The notes beneath the pieces are model-generated. The model ran no database searches, was not told where the DNA came from, and was given only the letters and a program-made list of their open reading frames with translations. Position numbers and translations under genes: made by a program. DNA of 64,000 nt from an uncultured Verrucomicrobiae bacterium (GTDB lineage Bacteria; Verrucomicrobiota; Verrucomicrobiia; Limisphaerales; BOG-1460), in the NCBI GenBank assembly GCA_963760675.1, contig CAVXEG010000005.1:46904-110903 (forward strand), given 5' to 3'. Positions 59,909 to 64,000 of this stretch are shown piece after piece (positions within the stretch are counted from its first letter, which is position 1; each line of letters begins with the position of its first letter).

Positions 59909-61249
59909 GCGGCGCAGGGCGCGAAGATGGCTTCGCTCATGCCGTGAATGATTTTCTTGTCCGCCGGGCAGATGGTCGCCAGCACGCCGCCCAGTTGCGC
60001 GCGCGCCGCGTCGCCGTCGCCAGCGACGAAATAGTATGGGCAGAGCCGCACGCGCCCTTTCATCGGCACGAGTTCGTTGCGCTCGAAGTCGAACCACTGC
60101 GCCTCAACCAGGCCCGGCTTGTGGTAACGCTGCAGCACGTATGGCGAACGTTCGAATTCTGCAATCGCGTCAGTCCACCGCCGCGGCCCAATCCGCGTGC
60201 GAGAGATCGCTGCCGAGATAAACGCCGCGCGCGCCCCAGGCATCGGCGGAAAAGCCGGACACTTTCAGGATCAACTCGCGCTCCTTTTGCGAGAGCGTTT
60301 TGAGCTGGCGCCAGTCGGTCAGGTTGAGTTCCGGGATGGCGCCATGCGGCGGCAGCGGAGCTGGATCGACGAGCCATGTGTAGGGCACGAGGCGCAGCAC
60401 CGTTCGAAAAAGCTTTCGCCCAGTTCCTGCCGCCAGAAGCCGTGCAGGTTGCGGTTCCACAGCAGCGCGAAGAGCATCTTCTCTTCGAATATCGGCTTGG
60501 GCGGCGGCGTGAGGCGAATTTGCTTCTCCACCGCGAGTTCGAAAATCGTCTTAGCGTTCGGCACGTTGGCGCAGGTCGAACAACTCAAAGAAGCGATAAA
60601 CGGCGTCGCCGTCGGCGAAGTCCGTGAACTTCGGAACTATGAACCTTGAACCTGTGAAGCCATCGAGATTGGTTCGCCAGCCAGACCATTTCCGGCCGAT
60701 ACGTGGCTGATTCTTCGGACACGACGATGTGGACCCGCTGTCGCGTCGCCAAAGATGCTGGCGAACCCGCGCAACATCCCGTCCGCGCCGCCGAGCGACC
60801 TGGCGCGCCCATTTGCGACGTAAGTCTGGTTCAGCCACGCCGTCAGGCCGATGCCGCCCGGCACGGAATCCAGTTCCGTCACGCTGAGCCATCTGTCAGT
60901 CAGCAGCAGATCCGGGCGGATGACGCGCGGCACCTCATTCTTGAACGCAGGCGAGCGTTGCAATTCGATCAGTTCAGCGCGGCTTGCCTGATCGAGCCAG
61001 CGCGCGACCCATTCCGGCTGTTTGCCTTCGACGCTCTTCCGGTAAAGCAAATTGACGGCGCGATAGAACTGCAGCAGCACGCGGCCGAGCGATTCGATTT
61101 CTTTCGCGAGTGCGGGTCGAGAGGAAAGGGGCAGGCGAGATGCGCCAATCGTGATCTGCGAAAAGGCCCTCCGCCGGCAAGCGGTCGCGAACGAAGCGCG
61201 CGGTTTGCGCTGCGGCAACGTCGGCGGAGATGGTTGAAGTGGCGTCCAC
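59905..61249 (-). CDS. Hypothetical ATP-grasp-like protein (indels)
   Basis: IRPDLLLT...TELDSVPGGIG, EEKMLFAL, ILKVSGFS...WGARGV, RVRLCPYY across frames; overlaps the marC start. Confidence 0.55.
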
Positions 61250-61451
61250 GAGAATCCTTGGAATGTTTTCAAATCAAGCGGCGATTGAGAGTCCTCGGAT
61301 AATTCGGCGTAGTAATCGTTTCGCCGTTCGCGAATGCGTTGCATGGCAGACCATAAGGTATTTGCCTTGCCGCGTCAAAATGGCGAATGGCTCGCCTCGT
61401 TGATGCGACAGGTGCTGTGTGAAGCGTGTGACTGATGTTCGTCTCCCGGGC

Positions 61452-62746
61452 TCAGGTCCGCACCTGCCCGCTGCCGATGCCGATCCACTTGTAGCTGGTC
61501 AGTTCCTCCAGGCCCATCGGGCCGCGCGCGCCGATCTTGTCGGTGCTGATGCCGATCTCCGCGCCCATGCCGAACTCGCCGCCGTCGGTGAAGCGCGTCG
61601 AGGCGTTCCAATAAACCGCGGCGGAATCCACTTCGCTCAGGAACTGCTTCGCGCGCGCCTCGTTCCGCGTGACGATGCTGTCCGAATGCGCCGAGCCGTA
61701 ATGGTTGATGTGGTCGATCGCCTGCCTGCACGCCATCCACCACGCGGACGTTCAGGATGTAATCGTTGTATTCGGTGAACCAATCCTGCTCGGCGGCCCG
61801 TTTGATGGCGGATTGCGGATTGCGCAGTCGAACATTTCAGAATGGCTTCAGCGATTCGGCGTCCGCGCGCAATTCGACCTTCTTCTCGCCGAGTCGCTGA
61901 CCGATGACCGGCAGGAACTGCGCCGCGACCTTTCGGTCCACCAGCAGCGTCTCCATGGCATTGCACACCGCCGGGCGCTGCACTTTGGCGTTCATCGCGA
62001 TCTCCTCCGCCATTTTCAAGTCCGCATCGGCATCCACAAACACATGGCAGACGCCTTTGTAATGTTTGATCACCGGCACTTTCGAGCACTCGGCCACGGC
62101 GCGGATCAAGCCCTCGCCGCCGCGCGGCATGCACAAATCCACATATTGCGTCAGCGAAAGCAGTTCCTTGATGGCCTCGCGGTCGGTCGTCGGCACGACT
62201 TGGATGGCGTGTTCGGGAAATGTCGCGAGCGCCCGTTTGCCCGCTTCGACCATCATCTGCGCGATGAGTCTGGTTCGAGTTCAGCGCCTCCTTGCCGCCG
62301 CGCAGAATCGTCGCGTTGCCGGACTTGAAGCACAGGCTCGCCGCATCCGCCGTCACGTTCGGGCGCGATTCGTAAATGATGACCACGACGCCGATGGGCG
62401 TGGAGATCTTCTGCAGCTTCAAGCCGTTGGGCCGCGACGCGCTCATCCAGAATTCTGCCCGACCGGATCGGGCAACGCGGCCACTTCGCGCAAGCCTTTG
62501 GCCATTGCGGCGATGCGTTTGTCATCGAGCTTGAGCCGGTCGAGCATCGCGGAGGACAGGCCCATCTTCGCGCCGGCTTCCATGTCGAGCGCGTTGGCGG
62601 CTTTGATGGCGGCGGCGTTTTTTTCGAGCGCGTCGGCCATCGCGAGCAGGCAGGCGTTCTTCTCCGCCGTCGTCAGCTTGCGCCAGCTCGCGCGACGCCG
62701 CCTTGGCCTGCTTGGCCAGCTGCGTCATTTGTTCCGTCAACGTCAC
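61452..62746 (-). CDS. proA: Gamma-glutamyl phosphate reductase (indels)
   Basis: [64 protein letters not shown]. Confidence 0.95.
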
Positions 62747-62816
62747 GCCGCCAAAATAGGCCAGAACGGGAAAGTTGAAAGTCGAAAGCAAAGCCGAACA
62801 ATTCACCCGAAGGCCG

Positions 62817-62959
62817 GGTGGAACGGGCAACCTGCCCGTTCTGTCGGGCTACGAGCCCGACAGAACCTCCGTGCGCGAGCCGCAAAAGAGGTGAACGATT
62901 GGACGCGCCGGCTGCGGCGGCAAGTTGCCGCCTCCAGCGGCCAGGTTGGCCGCTCCACC
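62817..62959. repeat. REPIN-like element: two hairpin doublets with GGTGG...CCACC ends
   Basis: GAACGGGCA-ACC-TGCCCGTTC, CTGTCGGGCT-ACG-AGCCCGACAG, then GGCGGCAA-G-TTGCCGCC, AGCGGCCA-GGT-TGGCCGCT. Confidence 0.7.
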
Positions 62960-62999
62960 AATCTCAACTGCATCGTCCGATCAAAGAATTGAATATTCC

Positions 63000-63275
63000 C
63001 GCATTCAGAAGTGTCACGTGAGCGCCTGCGAGCTGGCCAGAAACACCGACCCGCCGTTGGTCGCCGTGCCGCCCGAACTGACACACGTTTTGCCAGCACG
63101 GGCCGGAACCGTTCGTCACCGCGATTTCCCGATGGAAATACTCCACCTTGCGGTCGGCCGTGCCGGTGTTCACCGTCACTGCGTTCGTCGCAAAGGCCAG
63201 GCCCAGAATGTCCTCGTAGGGCGCATTCGTGATCCTTGGTGTACTGCGAGACAACCAAGTGACATGGATGTTCAT
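63000..63275 (-). pseudogene. Possible fragment of an RHS/YD-repeat protein gene
   Basis: Protein-like stretch DILGLAFATNAVTVNTGTADRKVEYFHREIAVTNGSGPCWQNV without a start or intact frame; family assignment from recall only. Confidence 0.35.
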
Positions 63276-63434
63276 CTGGCTTGACGCGGCTTTGGGCGCG
63301 GCATTACGGTTCCGGCAATTCGTGTTACGCAAAAGAGGGCTGGATTTTGGCAATCGGCGCGTGGCGAAAGGCAGTATGCTTCGGCGAGATTTTTGACGAG
63401 TCGCATTTGGCGGTCGAGAAGCAAGGCAGATGAA

Positions 63435-64000
63435 ATGATTGTCGTTTTTATCGCGGGACTGGTGGCGGGAATAATTCATGTGTGGTCCGGACCGGACCAT
63501 CTCGCCGCAATTGCTCCTTTGGCTGCGCAGCGTCCGCGCCAGAGGATGGATTCCGGGAATGCGCTGGGGATTTGGGCATTCGGCAGGCGTCGCTATAGTC
63601 GGCCTGCTTTCGTTGTGGCTGCGAGAATTGCTTCCTGTAGATTTGCTCTCCACATGGGGTGAACGTCTCGTTGGCGTGATGTTGTTCGGCATCGGTCTTT
63701 GGGGATTGCGTAAGGCGTTCGGCAATAGTGTGCACACTCATGCGCATGAGCACGACGGCGAGCGCCATGTCCATGTCCACGTTCACGGCCACAAGGTTTC
63801 GCACGAAGCTGCCGCATCGCATCGCCACACTCACGCCGCTTTTGGAATCGGCATTCTCCATGGACTCGCGGGCAGTTCGCACTTCCTCGGAGTGCTGCCG
63901 GTCCTGGCGTTTCCGACAACGACACAGGCGCTCACGTACCTCATTGCGTTTGGCGCGGGCACAGTGGTTTCCATGGCGGTGTTCTCGTCAATGATCGGCC
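63435..64000 (+). CDS. His-rich Ni/Co transporter or urease-accessory-type membrane protein (indel; runs off the right edge)
   Basis: IHVWSGPDHLAAIAP, WGFGHSAG, HTHAHEHDGERHVHVHVH, GILHGLAGSSH. Confidence 0.8.

Overview
Core-chromosome segment of a GC-rich bacterium. Gene content and style suggest Verrucomicrobia of the Pedosphaera/Limisphaerales type; this is an inference from the H-X9-DG prepilin protein, extended S11/S5/L17, FHA-B-box protein and AT-rich non-SD starts. Left part: dnaJ-grpE, a DUF2723/TMEM260-like glycosyltransferase with TPRs, an ECF sigma/anti-sigma pair, a feoA-feoA-lipoprotein-feoB operon, rpsT, a DNA-repair neighbourhood (AlkA, Mpg, DUF488, topoisomerase IB) and LemA/TPM genes. 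Middle: a ribosomal superoperon that begins at rplB with its own promoter and structured leader (rplB to rplQ; no rpsJ-rplCDW, rpmD or adk), then tag, metH and ppdK. Right part: a low-GC putative defence cassette (Dam-family MTase, two unknown proteins, an HNH nuclease with a tandem Cys/His repeat), a DUF559 nuclease beside 104-bp palindromic repeats, a cluster of Zn-free proteins (C- S18, C- L33, 1-Cys DksA, FolE2) next to a ZIP transporter, clpB, marC, proA and a Ni/Co transporter. Many conserved genes carry 1-bp indels, most likely long-read or consensus errors, so their coordinates were reconstructed by eye across frames. No rRNA, tRNA or CRISPR array was seen. Best novelty candidates: the MTase-unknown-unknown-HNH cassette, the rplB leader, and twin hairpins before rplE and rplR.
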